The notes under the pieces: model-generated
Databases searched by the model: none
What the model saw: the letters and a program-made list of their open reading frames with translations, nothing else
What the model was told of the DNA's origin: nothing
Made by a program: the position numbers and the translations under genes
Origin: Amphiscolops sp. MND2022
Lineage: Eukaryota
Assembly (NCBI GenBank): GCA_964187785.1
Contig: OZ076409.1
Coordinates: forward strand, 18,230,001 to 18,294,000
Reading direction: 5' to 3'
Length of the DNA: 64,000 nt
In this document: positions 1-11,810 of the stretch, piece by piece
Numbering within the stretch: position 1 is the stretch's first letter
Layout: each line of letters opens with the position of its first letter

Positions 1-1002
1 CAACACCTTGTAATAAGGAATGCAATGAACAGTGCATTGTTAACATTTTTGTTATTTGTATTGATGTTAAGTACGTTAGTTATTTGTTTGATGTTAACTC
101 ACGGTCGATGTAAGTTGGGCACGCCGCCTGTCACACCTATAACCACGTGATGTTTGGAATAACATTTGACCTTACTAGGACGAATTCCTGAAAGTCTTTG
201 AGGTGCTAACTATCTAACTGTATGTCGGTCCTCATGACCATTAAGGAATTTGTCGATTACAAATGGAATTTGATCACACTTGTAAGGGTATATATAGCAA
301 TGTTTCCTTGAGGTGATTATTAATTCCATACCGATTGTTCAGATCAGTTGATTTGTTTCGCATTTATAGATTGCAAGACTAGATTACCAAATAAAATATT
401 CAACCTTGAAATCTTGATGCCTACTACAAGGAAACAAAAGAAAGCTAGAAAGTCTAGAGGAATTGAGATGCTTTCTGACTTGGAGAACCTTGACATAATG
501 CTAGGGGAAAACCACTTCAATAGAAATGAAAGGGACGGAAGTGTTAGTAGCAATTTCGGCAGAAGGCCTGGTAGTACCTCTGCAGATGAACTAGGAAGTA
601 ATGGTGAAAACAGGCACTCAGCCACAAGGGACATTGATCCTGCTAATAATGCCGATTATGGTCGAAACTCAATTGGTGGCAACTCTAGTGCTGAGATTAA
701 CAAGTTGTCAAGTGAATTGAACTCTAGATTATCAAGAGAGTTAGATGATATGATGTGTAGTGTCAATTCTCAGATCCAAAGGGCAATTAGTGATGCAATA
801 AGCAACCAAGTACTCCCACAAATCCAATCCGCCCTTAGTGCCGGGTCAGGACACATGACACAAAACAGATGGGACATTCCGTCCGAGAGACCGGAAATAA
901 ATTCCGAAGGACTGCAAAATACTAACCCCAAAGACAGTTCAACTAGCAAGCATAACCATGACCATCAGAATGATGGTGGTATTAATTTAAATGCTTACGA
1001 CA
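1..1002 (+). repeat. 5' LTR of element 1 (truncated by window start)
   Basis: Matches 14347-15347 with only about 3 differences seen (substitutions near 88 and 643, 1-bp indel near 877); ends in CA. Confidence 0.93.
288..297 (+). promoter_or_regulatory. Putative LTR TATA box
   Basis: GTATATATAG about 125 nt upstream of the gag ATG (417); an equivalent GTATATATATG lies near 49706 in element 2; AATAAA at 390-395. Confidence 0.45.
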
Positions 1003-2129
1003 TGGTGACAGGAGACAACGAATCTCCGAATCAAGTTCCTGAGTTTCTCACAGGACGGATTCTATCGCGGAATCATCTTGACCAGTCCTATGAAGACATC
1101 AACCTTAACACGACGATCCCAGCACAAGAAAGACCCGCTCCGGTTGCCGAATCTGATCCAATTACTAGACTGGCAGATGTCTTGACAAACATGCAGAATC
1201 GACCAACAGCCCAACAACTCACCATACGCCCGGTCAACTCAAATACCATGACCTTTGACGGCAAAAGTGAGAAATTTGAACTGTTCGAAGATCTGTTTCA
1301 TACTATGATCAAGATGCAGCCAGAAATGACTGAACAAATGAAGATTAACCATTTCCACTCGCTTTTGAGGAAGAATGCTCTTCAGACGTTCAGAAATATC
1401 AACTCGACCAACCGACAGACTCTTGAAGACGTTTTGGTCATTTTCCGACGAAAATACGTCAAACCCGAGTCACAAGCGACTGCCAAGCACAAATGGCACC
1501 GCTTGGTCTTTGATCCCAACACGATGAAATTACCGGATTTCCTTGAAGAATTGAATCAAGGGGCAGAAAAAGCATTCGGCGATCATGCACAAAAAATGAT
1601 TGACAGCCTATTGTACGCAAAACTGCCTCCGAAACTCAAGCGATCAGTCAACATGGCCAGATTAGAAAATGGCTCTTACGACGAAATAGTTGCTCATTTG
1701 GAGAGGGAACTAGAGCTTAACGCCCTTGAGGAGTCAGATGACCTACCCATGGCAACAATGACCTCCTCATCCTCCAAGACTAAAACCCCTCTGTCCACTA
1801 ATCAAATGTCAGATATAACTTGCAACTACTGCAAGGAAAAGGGCCACATGGTCAAAGACTGTGAAAAACTCAAAAAGAAGAAAGAAAAAGATGCCCAACA
1901 AGGCAAATCGACGGAGAAGAAAACGTACCCTAAATGCGGGACTTGTGGCAAGAAAAATCATCCAGAGGAGCGATGTTGGCAGGGAGCAGGTGCTCACTTG
2001 AAACCCAAACGAACCAGACCTGAAGATTCTTCAGACACCGACAATGACTCCAAGGCACCCAAACCACACAACAAACCAACGTCCTCCAATACCCAATCCT
2101 CATCAAACAAAGATGAGTCAAAAAACTAA
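417..2129 (+). CDS. gag: Gag polyprotein (N-terminal 195 codons inside the LTR; capsid-like core; two CCHC zinc knuckles)
   Basis: ORF 348-2129, first ATG 417 (MPTTRK); FDGKSEKFELFEDLF core; CNYCKEKGHMVKDC and CGTCGKKNHPEERC. Confidence 0.9.
   Translation: MPTTRKQKKARKSRGIEMLSDLENLDIMLGENHFNRNERDGSVSSNFGRRPGSTSADELGSNGENRHSATRDIDPANNADYGRNSIGGNSSAEINKLSSELNSRLSRELDDMMCSVNSQIQRAISDAISNQVLPQIQSALSAGSGHMTQNRWDIPSERPEINSEGLQNTNPKDSSTSKHNHDHQNDGGINLNAYDMVTGDNESPNQVPEFLTGRILSRNHLDQSYEDINLNTTIPAQERPAPVAESDPITRLADVLTNMQNRPTAQQLTIRPVNSNTMTFDGKSEKFELFEDLFHTMIKMQPEMTEQMKINHFHSLLRKNALQTFRNINSTNRQTLEDVLVIFRRKYVKPESQATAKHKWHRLVFDPNTMKLPDFLEELNQGAEKAFGDHAQKMIDSLLYAKLPPKLKRSVNMARLENGSYDEIVAHLERELELNALEESDDLPMATMTSSSSKTKTPLSTNQMSDITCNYCKEKGHMVKDCEKLKKKKEKDAQQGKSTEKKTYPKCGTCGKKNHPEERCWQGAGAHLKPKRTRPEDSSDTDNDSKAPKPHNKPTSSNTQSSSNKDESKN
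1003..1014 (+). promoter_or_regulatory. Primer-binding site of element 1
   Basis: TGGTGACAGGAG immediately after the LTR CA end; the same 12-mer with one mismatch follows the element 2 LTR; the priming tRNA (ending CUCCUGUCACCA, possibly Leu) is not verified. Confidence 0.85.
2120..2126 (+). promoter_or_regulatory. -1 ribosomal frameshift slippery heptamer A AAA AAC at the gag/pol junction
   Basis: Lies directly before the gag stop; the -1 frame is open (KLTSPRLQ...) into pol; same heptamer at 51331-51337. Confidence 0.8.
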
Positions 2130-5100
2130 CTTCGCCACGACTCCAATACAACCAACTAATATCCGTCCGTCAATACATCAGGTCGGATCCTCCGACGAAA
2201 ACTTTCCATGAATACCAACAACAATTGATGGGTTACCCCTCTGTTGTCTGGCAGCAACAGATGGAAAAAGCTACCATTATCACCTATAATAATACCCATT
2301 TGCTCCAAAAACCAATTCCTGTATGGGACCCTGATTACACATCTGCTTTCACTAGCCGATTCAGGCCCATTCCCTTGGTAGACGACTACAACCCTACCTA
2401 CATAGATCCTGACTACGGACGAGATCCCTATTGGGATACCGAACTTTACAACCAGGATTTGTTGCAATTCCAATACGTTATCGATGACATAGAACTCTAT
2501 AACAGATCAGTCCACGACAATCCACCAATCACCCATAACAAGAAAACCAGAGCATTGATTGAAACATGGCAGATGAATGATGGTACAAGACATCCGGTGT
2601 TCCCAAACCCCTTGGGGACCGAAACCTCAGACAAACCAGAAGAAACAATACCACAGTCACTACTTGATGAAAGTCAGTTCCAGAACATCCTCATCACTAG
2701 AGAAGGAGAACCAGACTGTATTCCTCTGTCCACCAGCATAAACTTGAAATGCAAAAAACGCATGCTGTATTTCCCTATGGACTTTGGGGAACTGACCATA
2801 GATGGACTTATTGACACTGGTGCTTTATCCAGTGCAATCCCTGAAATGGACCTCCGGAAAATCAGGCTCCTATCGCCGCAATCAGTCATCCGGGAGGGTC
2901 CACCTCCGAATTTCCAGATAATGGTCGCAAATGGGCAACTAGAAACTCCAAAGAGTACGATAGAGCTCAAATTTGAAGTTGGTGACATAGAGTTCCATGA
3001 AATTTTCATAGTAATGGAACACTTGACAGGACCGATTATAGGACTCATGTTCCTACAGAGAAACCATACAGTTCTGGACATGAGGCAAGGAATACTGAAC
3101 TTTCCATTCTTTTCGATGCAGCTCAAAACAGCTGATCACAAATACTCGAATGTACTCGAACCAATTTTGAATCCTACCGAAATAACCATTCCGTCAAATG
3201 ACAGAGTCCTAATTAGGACCAATTCCCTATTGTACCCTGAAAACACGGTCACAGGGATTTTACAACCGAGCGACCTTCTCCATGAAGAAGGCGACATCAC
3301 ATTCTGTCCAGCCTTGGTCAGTTTGAATGATGGCAATATACAGATACAGGTAAACAATTTCACAGACCACCCTTACAAGCTCAAAAAGGGACTCCATATT
3401 GCCAGTTTCTCAGTCATGACGCCAGAACAGATGAAATACGTTAAACCGGTAGACCCAGCTTCAACCTGGCATTTGCTACAAAATGACCAAGAGCAGGCAG
3501 CCCATTACGTCAGTAGTCTCATCAAGACTAACAAGAATCCATAAAATACCGAAAACTACTGGTTCCCAACCCCAGAGAACCCAGGGAATCCGGAAGAACA
3601 TACACCAATCCAAAAAAGGATACTCCGTGAATTACTAGCCCTACAGGAACTAGAATCACTTGATCCCACAAAGGACGAGGAATCTAGAACAAAATTCCTG
3701 GAAAACTTTGACTGGAAAGACTCCACATTGACACCTGATGAAAAAGAGAAAATCGAACGATTACTAGTGGAGTTCCATGATATTTTTGCGAGACATAGAT
3801 TCGACATAGGCATGAATGAGGAATTCAAAGTGAAGCTGACACCCAAAGATGATTCCCCAGCCTATAGTCAGAGCCTCCCTGCACCGATAAACTTAAAGGA
3901 GGACATATTAGTTGAATTAGCCATGCTCCACAAATATGGCATAATAACTACCTTACCGTTCTCGAAATACGCCAGCCCAATATTCGCACAAAAGAAGCCG
4001 AATGGGAAACTGAGACTTCTGGTTGACTTGAGAAAAATCAACAACCTAATCTCTGATGATTATATTAACAATAATCATCCAGTCAGTACCCTAGTCGATG
4101 CCGCCCAACACATGGCAGGCAAGAAACTCTTTTGCAAGTTAGACTGTTCACAAGCGTATCATTGCCTTCCGATGGCTGACCAACGTTCAATCGAAATGTT
4201 GGCCTTTAACTTTGCAAGCCGCACATTTGCATATAGACGACTGGCACAAGGCCTTAATAGAGCACTGTCCGCATTCTCCAGCTTTATGAGAGAGTACCTT
4301 GACAAAGTCATAAAAGCGGACCAATGTGCACAGTATGTAGACGATATTGGCATCGCAGCCAACGACGCCGATCACCTCATTGCTAACCTGAGAGCAACTT
4401 TCAAATGCATCCAGGAAGCAGGCCTTAAATTGACGATGCACAAGTGCCATTTTGGTGCCACAGAAATCGATTTCCTTGGCAGGACAATAACCGCACAAGG
4501 CGTCAAGCCCCAACGGCAGAATGTTCAGAATTTCCTAGAAAAAACCAAATTTCCGAAGTCGAAAAAGGCTCTACAGAGATATTTGGGTTTCTTGAACTAC
4601 TACCGGAATTATGTCCCAAGACTGTCTGAACGCCTTGCTCCGTTCTACAAGATGCTGAAGAGTGACGAAAAAGTCCTAGTGTCCAAAGAACTGGTTCAAC
4701 AATTTGAGGAAATCAATCGAGCTCTGGACAAATGCTGCGACTTGGCCCTACAACAACCCATCCCGAACAAGCAAATTGCCCTAATGACAGATGCAAGCTT
4801 TGGTGCTGCAGGATATGCAGTACTAATTGAAGATGACCCGAGTCAGAAATTCACGTCAATCCGCAAATCATATGCACCGGTCGCTTATGGTTCAAAAACC
4901 TTCACCCCAGCCCAGATAAAAATGTCGATTTATGCAAAGGAATTCCTCGCGATTTATTTCGCATTCAAAGAATTTGGGCATATTTTCTGGGGAGCGCCGA
5001 AACCGGTCATAATCCTAACTGACAACAAAGCCGTAACGAGATTTTTCCAGACGAAAATCGTACCCCCAGCCCTGTGGAATGCATGCGACTATGTAATTCA

Positions 5101-7333
5101 ATTCAATTTTGTCATCGCGCACATCCCAGGAGCGCAAAATACGGCAGCGGATTATTTATCCCGATTGGAAGCCGATCCGAAAGACAAATTAGTCATGAAA
5201 ATCCGCGAAGATGTACAAACACTGCCAATAGAAATAAACGTCCAATCAGCCGGAGTCTCACAGGAAGAGCAAATCTTCTACACAAATGACGACGATGAGA
5301 CTGAAGAACAATATTGGGCGAGGAAAGAAGCAATCAGGAAAAACCCTGTAACTGAAGAACCTACTGTCACAATACAAACTCTATCTACTAACTTAGTCAA
5401 ACAACAACCTGAAATACAGGTCCGATTGAGGAAAACGAACCAGATAATTATTGAGCAATCCAAAGATACAGTACTGCAACAACTGAAAGCGAAGCTCCTT
5501 CATGAAGAGTACTCAGAAAACATACTGCAACAAGATGCTCGATACAGGCATTACGCTAATAATCTGGAAAGAATTGTCATCAAGGAAGACATACTAACAA
5601 GGCAATATTTTGATGAAACTGGGAATATAAAATACCATCAAATTCTTCTCCCGCAACACTTGCTGCCAGAATTGCTTCAGTCCCTACACGGGACAGCCCA
5701 CAAGCACCCAGGCATTTCAAAGATGCTGCAGGAGATCAGACAGAGATACTATTATCCCAACATGGCGAAACATGTCAAAAAGTGGGTACAAGGGTGTGAA
5801 CAATGTGCAAAGGACAAACGAGTCCCAAATGCAACAATCACGCCCGAACTACTTAACTTGCCGGAATGGGACCTTGGACCCGAAGACGCCATGCAAATCG
5901 ACTTATTGCCGAATCTTCCCCCAAGTGGAGGATACGAAAATGTTTTAACTGCAATTGATGTCTTCTCTCGATACTTGTTTGCTTATCCTCTTACGGACGC
6001 ATCAGCGATCAATGTAGCTAAAGCAATCATTGATATTATGACCAAACATTCTTACCTACCGACGACGCTCATTACGGACAAGGGAACTGCCTTTACCTCC
6101 ACGATCATTGCGGAAATTACACAGATTTTAGGCATTACCCTAAAATGTGCAACGACCAAACACCCGCAAACTATCGGGAAGTTAGAGCGAACACATGCCT
6201 CATTGAAAACGAATTTGAAAATGGCATGTGGAGAATATCGCCGACAATGGCATAAGTATTTGCCTTTAGCAGTTCTCAATCATAACACTAGTTATCATGC
6301 CAGTATCGGATGCGAACCGACAAGAGTGTTCCATGGGAGAATCCCATATAACATCTTGGATCACAAACTTGGAATGAACCCAAATGAGCAAATCCATCCG
6401 ACTACTGAATTCGCAGAAGAAATCCAGAACCGAACCAAACTCCTTATTGACAAGACAAAGCAGAACATCATGCAGTCATATATCAAATATAAGGAGTATT
6501 ACGACAGGAAAGCCAAAGCCGCCCCACTCAAAGAGGGCGATTACTGTTTTGTATTACAACCGAAAGCGGATCATCAAGGATCAAAAATTCCATTTAGGGA
6601 TTATCGTTGGGTTGGACCGTTCATAGTCCAGAAGATTTTACCTAATGAGAACTACATCATCCGCAGGCTTAATACAAATAAAACGCAGATTTTGCATCGA
6701 ATTCGTCTCAAAAAGTTTATTCCGAATCAGCCACTTGAGGACAATTTCCGAGAACAGCGCCTACAGCCGGACGACGAAATAATCATTCCGCAAGACGACT
6801 TGTATGTAATAACGTGGGAAACAAACTTTGGTGAGCAACTAGCTACACGAGGCAACGAGCCGATTCCGGCTAGCCTGACGAATGGCGAGAGGCCGACTAC
6901 GCCAGAAACGAATGTGAATGATGCAAACGAGAATGAAAGTGATTATGTAATCACGACTGATTATCCGAATGACGTCAACGACGCTGTGCGCAGTAGAACC
7001 GAAAGAATGAGAAATGACGTCAGCAATGCTAATGAACCTAGTGAAGCAAATGAGAATGAAAACTCTGATTGGCCGAATCCGGCCGTTTCCACAACGGATC
7101 AAGAAAAACCTGTGCCGAATACGGTTGAAAGACTAAAAGACGATGCGAATTTTCCAGAAAAGAATTTGATGAATGAAAACGATGCACAAAATTCTCCGAA
7201 AAAGGGGGATGATATTATCGTGCCCGAAATATCGCAAAATGATGCTAGAAAAGAGAGCTTGAGCCCCAGAGGAGGGAAATATAATCTCAGGCCTAATCCT
7301 AACCCAAACTACTCAGAAGACTTCAGATACTAG
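2126..7333 (+). CDS. pol: Pol polyprotein (PR, dUTPase-like, RT, RNase H, integrase) interrupted by one in-frame stop at 3542-3544
   Basis: LIDTGALSS protease; QYVDDIG RT; TDASFGAAG and DNKA RNase H; HGTAHKH...CEQC, IDVFSRY, TDKG, ERTH and WVGPF integrase motifs; ORFs 2225-3544 and 3728-7333 are in the same frame. Confidence 0.93.
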
Positions 7334-7585
7334 GAAAAGAGTAAATTGCGTCCAAAAGAACGCTTAGCTCATTTTCTTTTTCCTTTTATTTCTTTTTTTC
7401 TGGCCCCGGAAGCTGAATTTTCAGAATAAACAACAAGGCATTAAAGCAATGATCCCGCACAAGTGAATAAATATGGGATCATGAAACAAAGAAATGATAG
7501 CAGAATACAAATGTGACAACAAAATGAGAAATAAAGAAATCAACAGAGTTTACAGTTTGATGTACATAAATACATATGTACAGAA

Positions 7586-10500
7586 TCAGGATTTAGTAGA
7601 AGAATCCTTACTAGGACTACCAACGACAGAGGATGACGATGATCGGGAAACACTCCTTCCCTTCTTCCGCTTCTTGCTACTGGGGATCCTTACTGCGGAC
7701 TGATCTTCAACGGTACTACTCTCTGCCAAATTGACCTGCGTTGAAACCCTCTTCGGAGCTGAGTCGGCTTTGCGGTGAGTGGACAGGAGAGACTTATAGA
7801 TTCTTGACCGACCGAAAGTGTCAGTATAAACCCAAGGATCGTACTCTGAGGAAAAGGCAGCACGTCCAAAGGACTCAGCTAGAGCAGAGAACTTGGCCAA
7901 GTGGGAGTCTTCACTGCTCCGTAAAACCGATCCGGCAACATTGGCCATGTAACTCTGGCAAGGCAAGACCAGGTCCGTAAATCTGCTTTGCCCTCCTGCA
8001 GTGGTGACCTCTCCAAAGGTGACATCTGGGTAACTTGGGCTGACGGTGGTTGAACACAAACAACTCAATTTGAAGAGATATAACAAGTGTGGACGATCAT
8101 GAAGAAAATCAAGCCCCATCAGGAATTGAATCAAATCGGGTTCCACGCTAGTGATATCAAAGCTGGAACCGAAGGCAGTCTGGAGATGGTCCAGCAACTG
8201 AATATACTGGTCCCGACACTGAGACTCATTTGAATCTTCAACCCAAGATCGAAGTACAAAGGTGTTGTAGAGTACCTCGAAGTGCCGCAAAGCTACATCC
8301 GTGGGTCGCTTCAGCATTATATAAGGATCAAAGGCCGCCAATCCTTTTATGAGGTTGGTGCTGAAAGCTGTCTTCTCGAGTACTCCATTAATCAAAAACT
8401 GGATGTACTGCTGGCTGTCCTTGACGAAATCAGCTTTTACCTTATCGGCAGTGGCCAGGATGGCAGGACGTTCAGTTTTCTGGCCGAAATGGATTCCATC
8501 AGCCTTGACTCTGCTTGCCGTTGCCACTCGATTGCTCATCTTGAGACGAATCAGGTATTCGTCTCCGGGGAGGAAAGTACCCTCACTGGTCTGGAACCGG
8601 AGGAGGAGAAACCAAGCGTTGGCAATTGGGGCAGTGTCCGGAGTATAGATTCGGGAGCAAAGCAGGCTGAGGAAGCGGCTAACTTCTCCGCATAGATAGA
8701 AGGAAGCATCCTGGCGGTATTGCAGATTCACTGTGAAGCTGGAAACGACTAAAAACAAAACTGATGTCCAACTCAAGACAGTTTTCTCTCACGAAAATTG
8801 TACAGGACTACACTCACAGTCATTGACGATCTTGCTGAAGAACTCCAGCTTAACGGTGAAGAATTCGTCACATATCAGTGACCACTCGAAACTTTGTGCC
8901 TGGAACAAACATATGGCCAATTGACGATTGGAAAACGGACCTTTAGTTTGTTTGACGGATAAGGACAACCCAAACCCTTAGGGGCTTAAGTGCAGATAAG
9001 GAAATCTAACCCTTCCTCTGGAGCCAGATCCTTCTTGCAAGGGTGCGTGATTAGTGAGGTAGCGCACCACAGACTTCCACTCGGCAATGAGCTCTCGGCA
9101 AAGAATGGGCAGGGTTGGTACTTCTAGCTTGCAACTGGTTATGGCCTGAAATACCAATTAAACCTGCGTTAGCATGATAGGGATATCTAAACGTCCTGAC
9201 CCAGTTCCCGTTCCCTAGATGAAGATTCTATAAGAAAACTACTCACCTTGGTGAGCTCAGGACTTCTGATGACCCAGTCTTCCATGAGAGAACCGCCCAG
9301 AGAGACCATCAGAGCTTGCAGGACAGAGAAAAAATCTATTTTCCCAAAGACGCTGTAGCTGGTTTTATGCATGAGGCAAGCTAGGGAGAAATGTTCAAAT
9401 CGAGGACAGCTCTGAACCCCTTGGTTGTAATATCCAGACTCATCAATGGTTCTGGGTAGATCTGGATGACATCCCGAACAGGCGACTATTCCGGGCTTTG
9501 TGGACACAGCGGAGAGGAGGCGAGAAAGAGATCCCAGTTCGCCGGTAACATCTGTAGTGAATCGGGAGCTACGACAGACGAACACCCTACAGAGTTCAGA
9601 CCCCTTCCAGAACTTGATGGACATGTGTTTGAAAATTCCTACTGTTTCAAATTCGAGGGAGAAGCACTGTTGGGAGTTGACTTGCTCCGCGATTTCATCA
9701 AGACAACAGATGAAGAAATGTTGGAAAATCGCCTAAAGACAGAAAGCACCTTTTGGACTAAATAGGAAAGAGGAAGACTTAGGAGAGACTGTCAATGAGT
9801 GAAGCGAAAAGTACTTACCGACAATCTTTCTTCACCCCAATCAAAATCGTTGAAACTGCTTTGATGGTTGGTGAACGATCCAATTCGGGACCACAGGTTG
9901 CGCAAGACCATCATATCGCCTTGGGTCCTGATGTAATCCCCAACCAGGCAGAGCTGAGTTTTGAGGCGAGCTTCAGGGGTGTCCATGGTAGTGGTGGAGC
10001 CTTTGACGAAGTCGTCATAAAAAGGAAAGCGCTCACCAATGTCCACTAATTCAACATTCCTGAATTTAGGCAGCTCTCTAGCTAACTCCACCTTGGTCAG
10101 GAGTTTCCCGTTCCCACCTCGGACTCGGTGTTGCGTCTTCCCTGTGACTGGATCGACACTGCGGAGGTGTTCGTATCGCCAACGCTGGTCTCGCCGCAGA
10201 TGACGTGCAGTCCGATGGTGCCTGAGGATTTCGTATGGCCCCTTTGACTTTATGGAAAAATTCTTTTTACAAATGTGGCACCAGACCATGAGTGGATTAT
10301 GAAGAGGATCTGCTGGGCCAGAAATGAAGGATCTCGTCCATCCAATTTTGCTAAAGAATTCCTCCCGCATAGGGACCCCACGTCTGGAGAGGGCCTTGCT
10401 TCCTTTCTTCTTTTTAGTCCCGGAGGATCCAGCGCTGGGTGCGGCTAGAGCTTGATTCCTAACCTCAAGCAACGTATCATCTTGGCTACTGGACTCTGGG

Positions 10501-11810
10501 GCATCAATCTCAACATCCTGTGATATGTCTTGACTGGGAGTTTGCGGTTCAGGAGCGCCTTGACCTTGTGTGACCTTCTTGAAGGACTTGGTTATAAGAT
10601 CCATTTCCGTTGCGCTGTCAGTCTCCCCATAATAGGAGGACTCTCCTGTCATTTCAGTCTCAGTTGATCCAACATCTCTGTCCCCCAGAGTGGCTTCCCT
10701 TTCGGTGTCACTTCCACTGGAATCTCCCATGGCTGCAGGTCCAGGAGTCTGAGCTCGTCTACCCGAGTAGAAATGTGCAGTCCTGGATGGAGCAATGGCT
10801 GGCCTGCCTCGAACCGCATCAATAACCATTTTTTCCATGGTTGAGAAGGACCGTCCTAGAGTCTCATCGGTAAGGACTCTCAACAAGTGATATACTTGCG
10901 GCTCTGTGAAGGTGACGGTGGATTGGCCTACGGGGAACCTCGAGGATGGCGACTCATCGAAATACTCCTTGAGAATTGCCCGACTCCTTCCTGAGAGGTG
11001 TGGTGGTTCTTTCTGAGTTGCGCCTTGCCCGGACGACGGCCCACTGGTACCTGGAACGTGAGGGTCAGGCCCAGTTTCGTCCCCTCCATCTGTTCCAGAG
11101 GCGTGAGAGAAAGGATGACTTCCATATAAAGCTACTGCAGCTATCACGCTGGACTGGTCGGTTGCCCCCTCATCTCCGCTGGGCTCTGTGAGGTATCGAA
11201 CTCTTACTTCCCCACCGGGGAGGGGTGGAGCGTCTCCTACCGAGGAAGCTGCTTCCGTGTCCTGCTGCAGGGTTGGGCTATCTCCAGTGGTGTTGGCTGA
11301 AAGATCAATATCCACAAGTTCAACTAATTGGGATCCGGGTGTCCCGACTACTCGAAAGGCTGACTCTAGAGCAGAAAGGTCAGCACTTGGGGTCTCCCCC
11401 ACATTATCAGAAAGTGGGGTGCTCGCTCTTCTAGGCTCAATGATGGGCGTAATGACAGGATCCTTTGGGGTATCAAGATTGACTTCTGAGAATTGGCCTC
11501 TTTGCTCTGTCTCCTCTTGCGGAAGGCTTGATGTTTGCGCTCCCTCCAACTGACGTACCATATTGTCTGCATATGTAGTAACATCTGGGTCACTATCGGC
11601 GTTATGGGAAGAAGTGGCTTCGTCAATTCGTTGGCCGTGTGATTCTTGGGACGTAGCTGGATGCTGGACCTGCTCAGTCTGTTCAGACAAGGGGTTGCTT
11701 GTCGAAACGCTGTCAGAGGGGTTAGCTGGTGTATTCACAACTTCAGTTGTTTGGTTCTCTAAACGAAAAGAGATAAAATTTGGCGGTATGCTTCCTCGAA
11801 AAGAATCCAT
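7586..11810 (-). CDS. Spliced antisense accessory gene of element 1 (~1285 aa; Zn finger plus hAT-transposase-like body). Exons 11810-9819, 9732-9247, 9145-9011, 8899-8818, 8748-7586
   Basis: Four GT-AG introns (86, 101, 111, 69 bp) whose removal gives one open frame colinear with the uninterrupted C-terminal part of ORF 57373-60135; true start uncertain (strong acceptor at 11759-11760). Confidence 0.85.

Noticed and set aside
2156..7102. Short opposite-strand or alternate-frame ORFs over pol (similarly 50220-56349)
   Set aside because: Shadow ORFs with no recognisable motifs
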